Assembly (NCBI GenBank): GCA_048128005.1
Contig: JBEUKZ010000085.1
Coordinates: 186,001 to 250,000, forward strand
DNA: 64,000 nt
Direction of reading: 5' to 3'
From: Veleropilina oligotropha
Lineage: Eukaryota
The first letter of the stretch is position 1. The number at the start of each line of letters is the position of its first letter. The translations under genes and the position numbers were made by a program. This document shows, one piece after another, positions 1-42,685 of the stretch. A model generated the notes under the pieces. It saw only the letters and a program-made list of their open reading frames with translations. It searched no databases and had not been told where the DNA came from.

Positions 1-208
1 GTGTTCTTGATTATAAAACTAAATCATAAAATGTAAAACTCCTATATTATAATATAACGTGGAATAAAATCGAAGCTTGCTTTTTCAAATTTACAAGATG
101 TTGATTTATTCGCTAGAATATTTCATTTGTCATATTATTAAAGAAACATGACAATTTGCATCAGAAAGACAATCAATCATTCGTCCATATTTGGAACAGA
201 TTGCATAC

Positions 209-29805
<29,597 letters not shown>

Positions 29806-30190
29806 TTACACAACGGCTCTTTTGTTTTAAAGAGGTTGGTATTCAGCGTTAACACCTTGTTTTCAATGACGATTCAAAAGTAGGGTGGTATAGCCATACC
29901 AAACTACTTTTCACTCTATACCGACCTGCGTCCGTGCAAGACGGCTAAAGCTGATCACAAGCTAAATTGACAACAAAGGAGCTATAATTGGCCATTGTGT
30001 AAGTCGGTTACAAACCTCGTTAGTCGGTATTCATCTATTTGAAAGACCTGCTTCCGTGCTGTAACACCTCGACCGCTCCGCTGTCTCGGTGTCACGATCC
30101 GCACGGGCGCAGGTCTTTCAAATAGATGAATACCTCCAACTCGGTTAGTAACCTATACATATTCACTGTGGGTGTACGTGGATAAATCAT

Positions 30191-31226
30191 TTTATTACCC
30201 ACGTGACGCAGATATAGCCATGTGGTATTTATTTCGTACGCACCACATGGTGCATAACAAGTTGACCTCAAAGGTCAGGGACTACATTTTCATTGATAAA
30301 CAAAACGAAGAAATCTACAACTTTTACTATTGTGGCTTGAATGGAAGAAAAACAACGATCGGAAATGTGGCGGATTATTAACAATTAATAAAATTAAATG
30401 TAATACAGCTAACACGAACGTTTATACAAGTACAGGTTTAAAACTGCAGAAAGTGTAATTATAAATAAAAACATGATAAATATAATTATAAAATACTTTA
30501 CATCAAAGAGTGTCGTCTGCTTCGTGTTGTTTCGGACCGTTGTTTCAATATTTCGAATTCGCGGTCGAGTCGGTGTGATTTCCTGAGTTCCATATTCTCG
30601 GCACCAATATACGGCGGCACGATTAATATAAACATCGTCAGTGGGCCGTCGACACCAAAACGCCCGAGACCAGATGTTGACGGTGGCAACGAAATTCTTC
30701 CCTGAGTGCAAACTTGGCAACAATCCAGCCACGAGGCATATGCAAATTAAGATTTCGCCGCGTGTTCAACGGACTTATTTTTAGAATAACGTAAATATAT
30801 TAATGAGATGAGTAATATTCAGTAAAACGATCGTATATTAAACAGTTCTTATTGTTGCCTGATGTTATCTTGTTTCTTAGTTTCATTAAAATAAATTAGA
30901 ATGAACTTTTAATACGATCTATTTGTTATAGCGTGTGGCTATAGAGTAAAGAGGCTATTTACAGTAATCAGGAATAAAATTCATCCGCGGCTAAACAATT
31001 TGAAATCTCGAATATGGGCCGATAAAAGCAAATAAAATGCATATATAACGCAATAAATGCATGGGTAATAAATAAAATACTACACTGATTCTCGACACGT
31101 ACCGTTTGTATCTCACTCGTGCACGTATCCAGGTATCTTACCTCGCTTTCGCTCGGTAAGATACCTGGATACGTGCACTCGTGAGATACAAACGGTACGT
31201 GTCGAGAATCAGTGTAGTATTCTCTA
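30191..31226 (-). mobile_element. Non-autonomous hairpin element ending in a near-perfect 146 bp palindrome (31076-31221)
   Basis: IR TTATTACCCA / TGGGTAATAA plus palindrome AATACTACACTGATTCTCGACACG...CGTGTCGAGAATCAGTGTAGTATT. Confidence 0.6.
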
Positions 31227-31620
31227 TATATTCACTGTGTGTGGGCGGCTTACATCGCATCCCACTGCTGGATTATTTATGGGTTCGCATTATTATTGAT
31301 CACGTCTGATCCGTCATGCTGTACACGGTATAATGCCATAAATGTATAGAATGTACTGATAATGCATGGGAACAACAAAGGAAATGACTAATTTAAAATT
31401 CAATGGATCTTGTAATAGTCTATTTTAATCACAAATTAAAAAACTTAAATACAACAGGGAGACAATATTAAATTATAATGAGCAGCCATCTGCATAACAA
31501 AATAAAACTGTAAATTATATTGTTTCCTTGCTTCGAAGTAGTATTTCCAGGTGCATTTGCCATCCATAATGTAATATATGCTAACACTATCTCTAGGTAT
31601 GTTACACAGAAAATAACAGT

Positions 31621-32222
31621 AACTAGAGCTATCACAGGAGTGATCACATGCCCCCATGAAAGAGTTTGACCCAGGAACAGGCTGTTGCATACACACGTGA
31701 AGTTTCATGTCCCTCAGTCAAATAGTATGGGAGATATGGAGAGGAAGGGAATTTTGGACCAAATGTGGTCAAGCGTGAAAAGTAGGTCATGGTGACCTAC
31801 TTTTGGTGCACGACAAACCTTTGGGTTATGATGCATACGCACATCAAATTTCGTGTCCCTCGGTCAAATAGTATGGAAGATATGAAGCAGAAGAGAATTT
31901 TGGACCAAATGCGGTCATGTTTGAAATGTAGGTCACAGTGACCTACTCTTGGTACGCGACACACCTTTGGGTTATGACGTATACACACATCAAATTTCGT
32001 GTCCCATGGTCAAATAGTGTGAGAGATATGGAGCAGAGGTGAATTTTGGATCAAGTGCAGTCAAGCATGTTATGACGCATGCACACATCAAGTTTCGTGT
32101 CCCTCAGTCAAATAGTATAGGAGATACGGAGCGGAAGGGAATATGCAACAGACCGGCCGACCGACAGACAGACAAGTTGACTTCTATATGCCCCCCCTAA
32201 ACTTCGTTTGTGGGGGCATAAT
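31621..32222 (+). mobile_element. HINE-like element with ~140 bp internal tandem repeats
   Basis: AACTAGAGCT start, ATGCCCCC / GGGGGCAT IR, (GACA)n, 3' hairpin. Confidence 0.6.
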
Positions 32223-32474
32223 TATTTTCTATACATATACTATTTAATGTACTGAACTTGTCATAAAAAATTGAAAACAATCATATTACAGATGGCAAGC
32301 AATTTGAAAGCAAGCCGATTTTAATTTTATTATCGTAACTATTTACCCAAATTATGTACAATGTACTGTACAAATTATATTATATCATAACGTATACTAT
32401 ACTTTAATGCTGGTAGTCAATAAATATCACAAGTTCATTGTTTAATTTAAATTGCTTAATGTGACGGAATTAAT

Positions 32475-32787
32475 AACAAGCGCATCCGAGAGGAAGCATA
32501 GTCGAGCCGCAGTGCCCACTCTCAATAAACTTAATTTTATCTTTCTAGGTTGACCGAGTTCAGAGATATGTCTGTTTATGTATTTTACACTTATTTGACT
32601 TTGGTGACCTTGACCGTTGACCTCATAAATCAATCAATAGTTAGATATTCACTCATATATTATATATATGAAGTTTCGTGGCTATATGTTTTGAATTGAC
32701 CATGTTATGCCATGTCAAGTCATCGCGGACATACACCGCACAGACAGCCTCAATACAATAGTTTCTCCGTAAACGGCTCAACTAATA
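32475..32787 (+). mobile_element. HINE-like non-autonomous element
   Basis: AACAAG start, IR TAGTCGAGCCG / CGGCTCAACTA, TGACCT repeats. Confidence 0.5.
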
Positions 32788-34462
32788 ATGAAAGTCAATT
32801 TTATTGAACAATACCTGATTAAGCATTATTTGATCCAATATTTCAATTTGAGCGCAAATTTTATACCAGGTGTCTTCAACAAACTTGAAAAAGATGAAAA
32901 TTTCATCGCCATTGTCGGCTACGAAATATTTAGTGTGAGCTAATGAAGAGCATTGGAATATATTTGCTGCAGGTAAATATTGAAATATATTTTTTACTGT
33001 CATTGTCAGTTAATTTCTCCTCTTTATTCCATATGTCTACGTTTTATTTAGCAACATAGTATATATACTCACCATCACTAGGGCACTGCCTATATGTACT
33101 CTCGACCAGTTTTGTAAAATAACTGTACATAAAACCATAAAGCTCATCTCTATCGTACACCATCGTTAGCAAGTTATAGAGTTCGTTATGGCATAAAGCA
33201 TGGATGTTCATATGTTAGTTATAATTCGTCATGCTTCAGCGCACACCATGCCGGTACAGTATCACGTGTTTTACACAGGTGTTATCACATTATAATGTTG
33301 TATAAATCTATGAAGTGACGGAAGTGCTCAGCACACACTGTGTGTATACAGACTAATTGACAGCTGCACTCGCTAGATAGTGTCAAGTGATTGCAAACCA
33401 TTTTTTAAAAATGAATCCCCAAAAATATCCAGAAAATGGCATTAGATAGACTCCACTTAGACATATTAACATTCAAAGCCGATTTCTGTCAAAATTTGTG
33501 ACAAAATTATTATTTAATATGTATATATATATATATATATTTATAAGTTTACAAACAGACGTGTTGTTCAGGTTGCTGAACAGTGTAATTGTAACGAAAA
33601 TGGCATATTCCTATAAATTGAAAATGTGTGATATTTATTTATGATTTTCAAGAATGCCTTTAGCTCTTTAACTACACCGTATATGACCATGAGCAGCCAT
33701 AACACTTTTTTTAGAGACTTACCCTTCAGTATAATGACACAATTTCCATAAAAATTACTTTACAGGTTATAAAAGTATATATTTTCTAGTTTCTAAATGC
33801 TAATAATTTATTATAAATTATTTTATTCAAATAAGCAACTTTTGTCAATGTAATATGCTTCCACATGGGTTTTTGGATACATTTACATTTATTTCAAATA
33901 ATGAATAATATATCGTGTGCATCGTGTTCTACATCTATACGCGCAGTGTCTCAATCAGCTGGTTCGAATGATCACTAGTTTCATTCACTTTCATTAGTTT
34001 ATAATTCATTATATGATTTCAAATTACTATTTCTTCTTCGACGTCCGCAGTTATACATGCATGTGCACTAATCTGTGTGGTCTATCCATCTTAGATGCTG
34101 ATTCAGACATTGTAGCATTCTCGATTTGATTCGTTAATTTGACTTATTGGTAAAATTCACTAAAAATATGGGACTCCCCAGGTAATTTTCCATTCTGCCG
34201 TCAACGAGATGCTGCCACCGGCTCACCGTAGTTAAAGAAGTCACAGAATGCACACAAATGTTCATTTTGGTACTGGTCAGTACATGTACTGTATATGTAT
34301 ATAATGTTGAAACCGAAAGATCTCACCATGCAAAGATCGCTATAAAATACAAACTTTTCTAACATGCAGATTGATCTAGTATTGTAGTCTACAGTATCTT
34401 TTTTGTTGTTAGAGCTACATTAGAATAAGTTCACACCGATATCTGTAAACCATATAATGGAG

Positions 34463-34723
34463 GGAGGGAGGAATTATGCTTAAAGTCCTGTATATTTACA
34501 ACATCGAGGTTCAAGGCAGGACATGTCCGTGTTATCGCGGGAGGAAACCCCGGTCGCCTGGGTAAACCCGCCCTCTTCGGCCAGTCACGGACAACTGTGC
34601 TTCATAACTTGAACAAATGTGTTCTGCCTCAGCCGGGGGTCGATCCCACTACTGTTCGCGTCAGCGGAAACAAGCCAGTGAATTTAGAGTGGACACTCTA
34701 CCCACTGCGCTGCCGAAGCGGCC
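34463..34723 (-). mobile_element. tRNA-derived SINE (family A)
   Basis: TSD CCATATAATGGAG; same body as the 24115 copy. Confidence 0.88.
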
Positions 34724-35335
34724 CCATATAATGGAGAAGACCGGTTAATGTAGACCATCTCGAGCCAACAGGTCTCAGTGGCGCTTTATATGGAATTTCC
34801 AGGTATTTTGACCCTGATTAATGAATAAGATCACATATTATGTAAATATAGACTCAATAAGACTTGTAATTAATTCAAAGAACCCAAGTATCTCCAATTA
34901 AATGTTCGATTCTCTAGTCCTCATAATTTATTATAATAGTTTGATAATACCAGTATATATACATTTATGCTATAACAAATTCTACACAAAATACGACCCT
35001 AATCATGTGCACAATCCCAGGAGATGTAAGATAAGTAACCACTCACCATGATTTGTTCATGTGCATCATAGAGTAAGACTGACGTCGAAACGTGGCACCT
35101 AAACATGCATACAAAGAAATAGTTATGATCTTACATCATAATAAAATATATGCATAACACAATATTTTATTGTAACATCAGAATATAAAACAAGAGATCT
35201 ACATAACAGTTAGCTCTGCTGAAAAGGGATACTTGCACGTAACATAACTTTAGAAATTTGGCATACCATGCAATATGCAGAATCACGGTCTTGGCCAATG
35301 CCCAAGTCATAATTTCAGAAAAACAGAGATGTACA

Positions 35336-35598
35336 GGGAGGGAGGAATGATGCTTAATGTCCTGTATATTTACAACATCGAGGTTCAAGGCAGGACATGT
35401 CCGTGTTATCGCGGGAGGAAACCCCGATCGCTCGGGTAAACCCGCCCTCTTCGGCCAGTCACGGACAACTGTGATTCATAACTTGAACAAATGTCAATGC
35501 CTCAGCCAGGTATTGAACCCACTACTGTTCGCATTAGCGGAATCAAGCCAGCGAATTTAGAGTGGACACTCTTACCCACTGCGCTGCCGAAGCGGCCC
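35336..35598 (-). mobile_element. tRNA-derived SINE (family A)
   Basis: TSD GAGATGTACA; near-identical to the 24115 copy. Confidence 0.88.
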
Positions 35599-37421
35599 TG
35601 AGATGTACAAGTTAAGAACATCATAAGTAGTGATAATGCCTTATTTCCAGAAAAAGTATTTTAGAGCTATTCACATTTAAAATAAGTTATCATACAGTTT
35701 TGGAGATATTCACAAGCAAAAGCTAAGCACAGACATAGATTTTCTAAGTTTAGCAAAACCGAGATGTAGAATTTTCTAATGTTTTCAGCATACTGTAAAT
35801 AAAGAAACTTTCATGAGCAATTTAAGTTCGCGCATTTCGCGACATTATAAATCTTGGAAAATTATGTCACTAATATATGAAATATTACCAGATGTAAGTA
35901 TGCTGTGTCAGAAACACGCAAACAAAAATGTTAAGATTCAGCAGATATTTAATGAAATTAGCATGTTATTCATCTCAAAATATATGTGGCCTAGATACTC
36001 TACCTCAAAATGAAACAAAATACAGCTTTAATAAGCAAGGAAATTTAAAATTGTAATCCGATATGGTGATTTTCTTGCTGGAAGCCAAATTGCTAAAGTA
36101 CCCGGATGAAGCATAAGTTAATTTGTTGGTTTATCGCTGTCGTAAGTTTGCGTCTGCCAAAGAAATATGCGAATAAATAGTATTAGTCCTATTTCGACAT
36201 TTCCAATAAATAACACAAGGTTATATAAAAATAAGGAACGTTCATGTAATCTCAAAATAAATTGTCAGTCTGCACTTCCGTCAATCATTATTTTTCTTTA
36301 TATATACATGTATATGCAACACGTGTTATTGTCAAATTAATTAATCCTATCAGCTAGTCCACATCTATAAATTAATCCCATCTTTTCGTTAAAAGTTATT
36401 ACATGTAAAAGAGCATCTACTGGTTTGTTACTTGCTTCTGTCGTTAATTAATTGCTATTTTGGCTATGTGTTATAATCGGATTATTCATGTTTGCAACTG
36501 AACGTCACCCGTGACCGCGATACATTCCACTTGTATGAAAATATCGAGCACTAACAAAAAGTGTTAATGGAGTAATTTAGCATTTGAAATTTAGGGTACT
36601 GTACATACTTATTATGGAAAATGTCTGTTATAAAATATAATTTCCCTTATTATGATAAGCGAAAATAAATCTAGCTAATTGTTCACCTTGTTGACATTCG
36701 CGAAATTAAGTATTCGTGAATATTTGTTTATTTACAGTTTGTTCAGGCAGAACATCAAACTGTCAAAAGGAAGGCTCATGCCACATTAAAAACCGTTACC
36801 AGACACTTTTGGAGATACATGTATTTTCATTCCAAGCGAAAACTTGGCACAGAAGTAGATTTTTAAGTCCCAAAAGGTAAATTTTAGAAAAATGGAGATA
36901 TAGAATTTGCTAATTATTACAGGATATGTCCAAAACATCATAAGGAAGGCTTGTGCCAAATTAGATAAAAAGATGACGACGGCTGGCCGGATGCCAGACA
37001 AAGCGGTATCAGAAAAGCATTGTCGACAAGGTCACAGAGGACTATAAACACTATATAAGTAATTACATTGTTATTTGAGTCGACTTACTGTTGCGGTTAA
37101 TGCAATGAAGCATGAAGGAGCAGCTGAGGAAAATATCACTTTCCTCAGTGGATTAATTATTGCATTCAGTTCAACAAATGTCAATACACTCTAAATTGTA
37201 TCAAAAAAATATGCTAAAATCTCGCTGACAGATCTACATTTATCTTTGAGCATGCATTTGTGTGCACAAAATAAATCTTCCATTATCATTACAGGTTTTT
37301 CCCCAGATTGAAATTAGAAAGCAGTAGCATCATTTCGTCATGGGAGCATCATGTCGTCATGGGACCAAAGCGATAGCATCATGTCGTCATAGGACCACGT
37401 GTGTGCGTTCGCATGTTATAT

Positions 37422-37929
37422 ATAGAGGATATCGAACGAGTGTTCATTCTATATGAGAATTATGAAACGAGTCAGGCACAATTTATGTACCGAGCCTTGG
37501 CGAGGTACATAAATTTGCTGACGAGTTTCATAATTCTCATATGAAATGGACACAAGTTTCATATCTTCTTTATCACATGACTTTATGTACATTTAAACTT
37601 ATTTTATTGCGTTTTTAAACGCATTTCTTTACGTTTTAAAACTAATTTCTGTCAGTACTTTCAGCCATAAATTGCCATTGCCTCAGACGCATCACGTATC
37701 GAAAGCACGCGCCAATAAAAAATAGTTCAACATCAGTAATCGACGAGTCAACGCATATGAATTATTCAATATGTTAATGAGGGTGATACGCCGCCTAATC
37801 AACTTGGCGCCAGATGCGATGAACGGGCGTCATGTTCGCCGTCATTTGCATACTTATGAGATGTGTCTTTTGTATCAAAATTTATGGAACGGCTTGTACC
37901 TTTCCATAACAGCTTTGTCATGTGATAAA
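37422..37929 (+). mobile_element. Non-autonomous hairpin element
   Basis: Palindrome ~37422-37570, then IR TTTATCACATGAC / GTCATGTGATAAA. Confidence 0.6.
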
Positions 37930-38201
37930 GTATTATTATGGCTTCTATGTGGCGAACTTTTGGTATGTTGTCCATTTGTTAAATTAAAATTATTTAAAGG
38001 GTGGTGGATCCGACACCTTATTAGTGTTCGGGGAGAACACTTATTATATTTATCTAGTTTGCTCTTTGGAGCGGCACAACGTTATGATAACGACAACATT
38101 ATGAAACACATGTCTGGACAATATTTGTGGTTGTCTTTTAGCATATACCACTGTTACAAATAAAAGTGAATATCCAGGACAGACACAGTTTTATAACAAA
38201 A

Positions 38202-38590
38202 CTAGCCAGGGTACCCGTCTTCGACGGGTGAGTCTCCCCACCTCATCAATAACCATCCAATAAAATTTGCGAGTGAAAATCCCCCCCCAAAAAACCTCCC
38301 CCGCCCCCAAAAAAAAAATTTGAAAGCGCCATAACCACCGCCTTGGTACCCTTAGTTGACATGCCAAATTTGGTGGAGATCGGTCCAGCTGTTTGTAACG
38401 TTATAACTGTTATGAAAATTGCCCCCCCCCCAAAAAAAACCACCCCCGCCCCCAAAAAAATAAATTTGAAATCGCCATAACCACCGCCTTGGTACCCTTA
38501 GTTCACATGCCAAATTTGGTGGAGATCGGTCCAGCCGTTTGGGAGCCTATAGGAGACACACAGACAAACTCTCCACGATTATAGTATAGA
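38202..38590 (-). mobile_element. Non-autonomous Helitron
   Basis: Minus strand: 5' TC, 3' CTAG with hairpin CCCGTCGAAGACGGG just upstream, inserted between A and T; internal ~140 bp duplication. Confidence 0.8.
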
Positions 38591-40990
38591 TAATCGCAAT
38601 GAAGTATCGTCTAAAGATATATAGTAGTTAATAAATCTGATTTATACATCAAATGGGATGCACAGATATAGGTACTTCATATAACCTATAACTATAAAGA
38701 AATTCCACTGCAGAATTGACATGATCAACACATTATATTGCATATTTCACAGATTGTCCACCAAAATTAATTTGATGTCAATTGGTGGCAGCTCACAGCA
38801 TCATCTAATCGTCCTGGGATCATATGTAATGAAATTGTAGCGATAAAATGCCATATATACATGGACAGTATCCTTGGTCTCTACGATATCGCGGTACTTA
38901 ACCATTATCGTAAATAAAATAAAATTGGAACTTATATCTGTATTTTGTTCTGATATAACAATCCCTTCATCCATTCATTCCATAAATAAAATCAATTTTA
39001 TTTCATCTTTATTTACATAAATTGGCACCAAATATAACGCCACCTCGATCACGTTCAATAAAGGGAAATCACTATGATATCGCGAAAAATGTTATTATAG
39101 TCGTATATGGAGGACAAGGAGTGCCAAAACTCTCCGTTATAATCGGAAAATTGTGAAGAATAGTTACACATAAAGTTTAAGGCAGCAAATTTATCATCGC
39201 AAATCTTTGAGAAATAAATTAACATATTTACAAGATATTCTTTCACTTTCGACAGTTGAACTATTTCAGAGTGCCATGGGGACACCTGCATGATGTCCGT
39301 ACCTCTTCTGATAACTCATAACATATTAGCACAATCTATGAAAGTCACATTTTGCCCATTTTGTGATAGTTAGAAAATCACATTTATTCAGTTCTTCTGG
39401 TTACATAGACAGCAAAGTATGTCATCGTCATTACAAAATTCGCTATATTTGGCCCTAACTTTCCATACTTTTATCAGCATTATAATTCTCTCTCTCCTAC
39501 TTTTCATTTCACGACAGAAAAAACGTCAGTCAAATATTGTGTATTCTAATAGGATCTTTTGTATTTTTGGTAAAGATGATATGAATGTCGACAGAAAAGT
39601 TACGATTTTTAATGGCTACTGAAAAAATGATCTACTCGCCAAAAATCTTGCCATTCTGCAGAAATTTTCACACAAACTTACACGTGGTATATTTATTTAC
39701 AGTTCCAAATATAAAAAGCGTCACTATGTGGCATACCATTTGAGCAGTCGCAAAAAATGCAAATACTGCGATATCGTAGATACCGCGATATCATAGGGTA
39801 GGAGTATACTATTTATTATTTAATACATTTATAATGCAGGGTTTAAGCTGTCGTTCGCCAAATCGCCAAATGCGAATGGAAATCATATTTGGCTAATTTG
39901 TATCAGTGGCATTTCGCCAGAGAGCGAAAGGTATTTTAATAATAATAAATGTTGATTAAATATCATGTATTTCCTGCTAGTAAATTACCTTGGAAATGCT
40001 TCAGACAGGCACGTGTCTAACATAAAATTTGGCATTAAGTGGAATGATCAATGGGGAAACAAGTTGTGCTTGAAAATTGAAATTAACCATACAGTAATAC
40101 TGCAGCCGATAACTAGACCTATATAGTCAACCAAGTACCAAAATAGTTTCATTTAAAAGAGTACCAATAAACAATAAAATAAAATTAATTTGAAGTTATA
40201 TTGATTTATTTCAAGCATGTATTCATTTTCATTAAAAAGCTAACACCCCTAATAATCAAAATGGAATAGTCTTTCCAGTCCAGGCAGCTGGCCGATGCTT
40301 GCTAGATGATTGGCAGCTCTGAGGCTCAAAAATTTGTTTGAAGTTCATGCAGTGTGCTGTAGCAGCAGGGGGGTCAGTAGACTTTTTAGAATGGGAAAAT
40401 AAGGCTCCCAGCACCCGTTCAGGCTCCCAGGGTCGGGCTTGTATTATAACAGTCACCGTGTTTACATACAGCTCTGTCTGAAAACCAGGTTAGCTTATGC
40501 ACAACAATACAATCCATAGTCTATTCAAATACTACCTGGTTGCCTAGTTACGTCGCGCACGACTGCGTATGACCTAGTAGAAAAGCTTGTTGTGGAGTGA
40601 CTCACTGTTGGTATTCCCCTCGACTGAAATACATTATCCAGTATCAAAAGTATCAAATAAAGATTGACTGGATAATGTTGCCACATTATAATCAATGGAC
40701 AGTTAACTAATTAAGGATTCGGGATTTAATCGGCTTTACAATATGTCTAGAGTGTTGTAGGTTTTATTTTAATCAACGTAGTCTATGTTCAACGTTGTTG
40801 TGATTTAATATTCACATCATAAGTGACGAGACACCTCCTCTCTTGCCTGCCATGGCTACCTGACTATATAAGAACTGTCAGGCTTTAGTATTTATAAGAT
40901 CTGATGCATATGTCACAACGACCTCCTCAGAATGCTTTCGCATGTTGCGTTTCGAATTCTTGAGGAAGAAGGCTGCGTGGAGAAAATGCT

Positions 40991-41166
40991 GAGAGATGGT
41001 CGAGAAGACACCCCAGGGTACGGCTGAAATACAAGGGGGCTTCAAGAGGGCCGAGAGATGGTCGAAGACACCCCAGGCTACGGCTGAAATACAAGGGGGC
41101 TTCAAGAGGGCCGACAGATGGTCGAGAAGACACCCCAGGCTACGGCTGAAATACAAGGGGGCTTCA
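40991..41166. repeat. 60-62 bp GC-rich tandem repeat (3 copies)
   Basis: GAGATGGTCGAGAAGACACCCCAGG(G/C)TACGGCTGAAATACAAGGGGGCTTCAAGAGGGCC. Confidence 0.9.
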
Positions 41167-41759
41167 TTCCGTGCAAATTGCATGGCGAGATTGCAGCCAG
41201 TTTAGATAAATATATAATTCCCGCTTGCGAGCGTGCAACTATCTGACGCACCGCCACAGCCGGTAGATAACAGTGAGAAATAATGCCCATGTTTACCGCG
41301 ACATAGTGCGGGTATATACTAGGATCTTCATACCTCTAATAGGAAATCTGGGTCAGCAGCGAGCTGAACGGGCTAATAATAGACGCGTGTGGCGATAAGA
41401 GCAGCAGCATGAATGAGGCCACAGTAGACGGCTGAACGGGCTATTAATATGAGGTTTTAATGTAAACCTAATATTAGTATAAAACATACTTACGTCCTTA
41501 CTCTTGCCATAATAGTAATATTATTGCCAAACCGGAAACAGTGAATAAGTCACGTTATGCACTATTAATAAGTCAAAGACGCAAAAACGTACCACGGTTA
41601 CCTCCCCTGCTCCTCCTCAACCACGTTCCCCCGCGAGACCTCGCCAAGTCTCGCGAGACTTCTGAACCATAGAAGTCACATGACATCAATTCAAAGTTCA
41701 AAAATCACAAAGGAACGTAGTAGAGGGGAGGAATGCGAAACGCAGGGTGGGTAATCGTG

Positions 41760-41850
41760 GTAAGGACGTAAGTATGTTTTATACTAATATTAGGTTTACA
41801 TTAAAACCTCATATATAGTTACAAACATACTTACGTCCTTACTCTTGCCA
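41760..41850. repeat. DIRS internal complementary region (ICR)
   Basis: Reverse complement of the left end joined via ATAT to the reverse complement of the right end. Confidence 0.9.
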
Positions 41851-42685
41851 GAATAACCTTGGATAGGTGGGTAAGACGTTCCTTACAACAAACCCAAACA
41901 AGATAATGACTTACTTGTCACCAATTCAATCAGCATGAAGCGTCGATTGTGTCCGCCTAGAGTGGAATTTTTACTGAGTATTATATTCTACTCTTACCAA
42001 GCGAGAATTTCGACCAGTGTTACCGGGAGAATACGCCGTGGTGTGAGTCGGACGAGGTGAACGGAAGTGCAATCAGCCCCAGGCACGGCCGGAAGGATAA
42101 ATCCCTGTAGGTCTTACGTGTCATGGATCAGTGGCAGCCAAATGGTACTCCTGGCCGAAGGCCGGTAGCCAGAGGATGCAGTCGGATTTGTAAGCACACG
42201 GAACCTAACAGGTTGTGAAAGCTTTAAATCAAAAGCAAAGAATTAATAGATTATTATAAATAATCGATATTAATAAGTAATTCGCATGACCAACTTGCGA
42301 ACGCTAACATGGACGACATGTCACTTAAAATAAATTTTAAGGAAGCAAAAATGTTCGACATGTTACTTAAAAATAAATGTTAAGGAATCAACATTTTTTA
42401 AAAATGTATTGAACATCGTATGTTCGATTACAGCAAAGAACATAATAATATTGAACCTTAATCTTTTTAAGATTTGTGCAAAATTATAAAAGTTGTTTTA
42501 TTAAATTCAATGTAATCTGGCTGTCAGCTGCTCAGGTCTGACATGAAAGTACAAAATCTTAAATTAGATTTAAGAAATGAACAGACATTGAACTGCCTCG
42601 TAGGTGTTAATTTTCGTAGCACCGTTGGCCAACAAAAATAAAATGGCGTCAGTAAATATGCAAATGATCAATCAGAGAACAATAC

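Noticed and set aside
30409..30760. Possible WDR7 promoter/5' UTR exon (CpG-rich, ATGCAAAT octamer, ORF 30409-30732)
   Set aside because: Lies inside the IR-bounded hairpin element 30191-31226; no independent evidence for a TSS
40991..41166. Regular repeats resembling a CRISPR array
   Set aside because: Head-to-tail units without unique spacers, eukaryotic context, no cas genes
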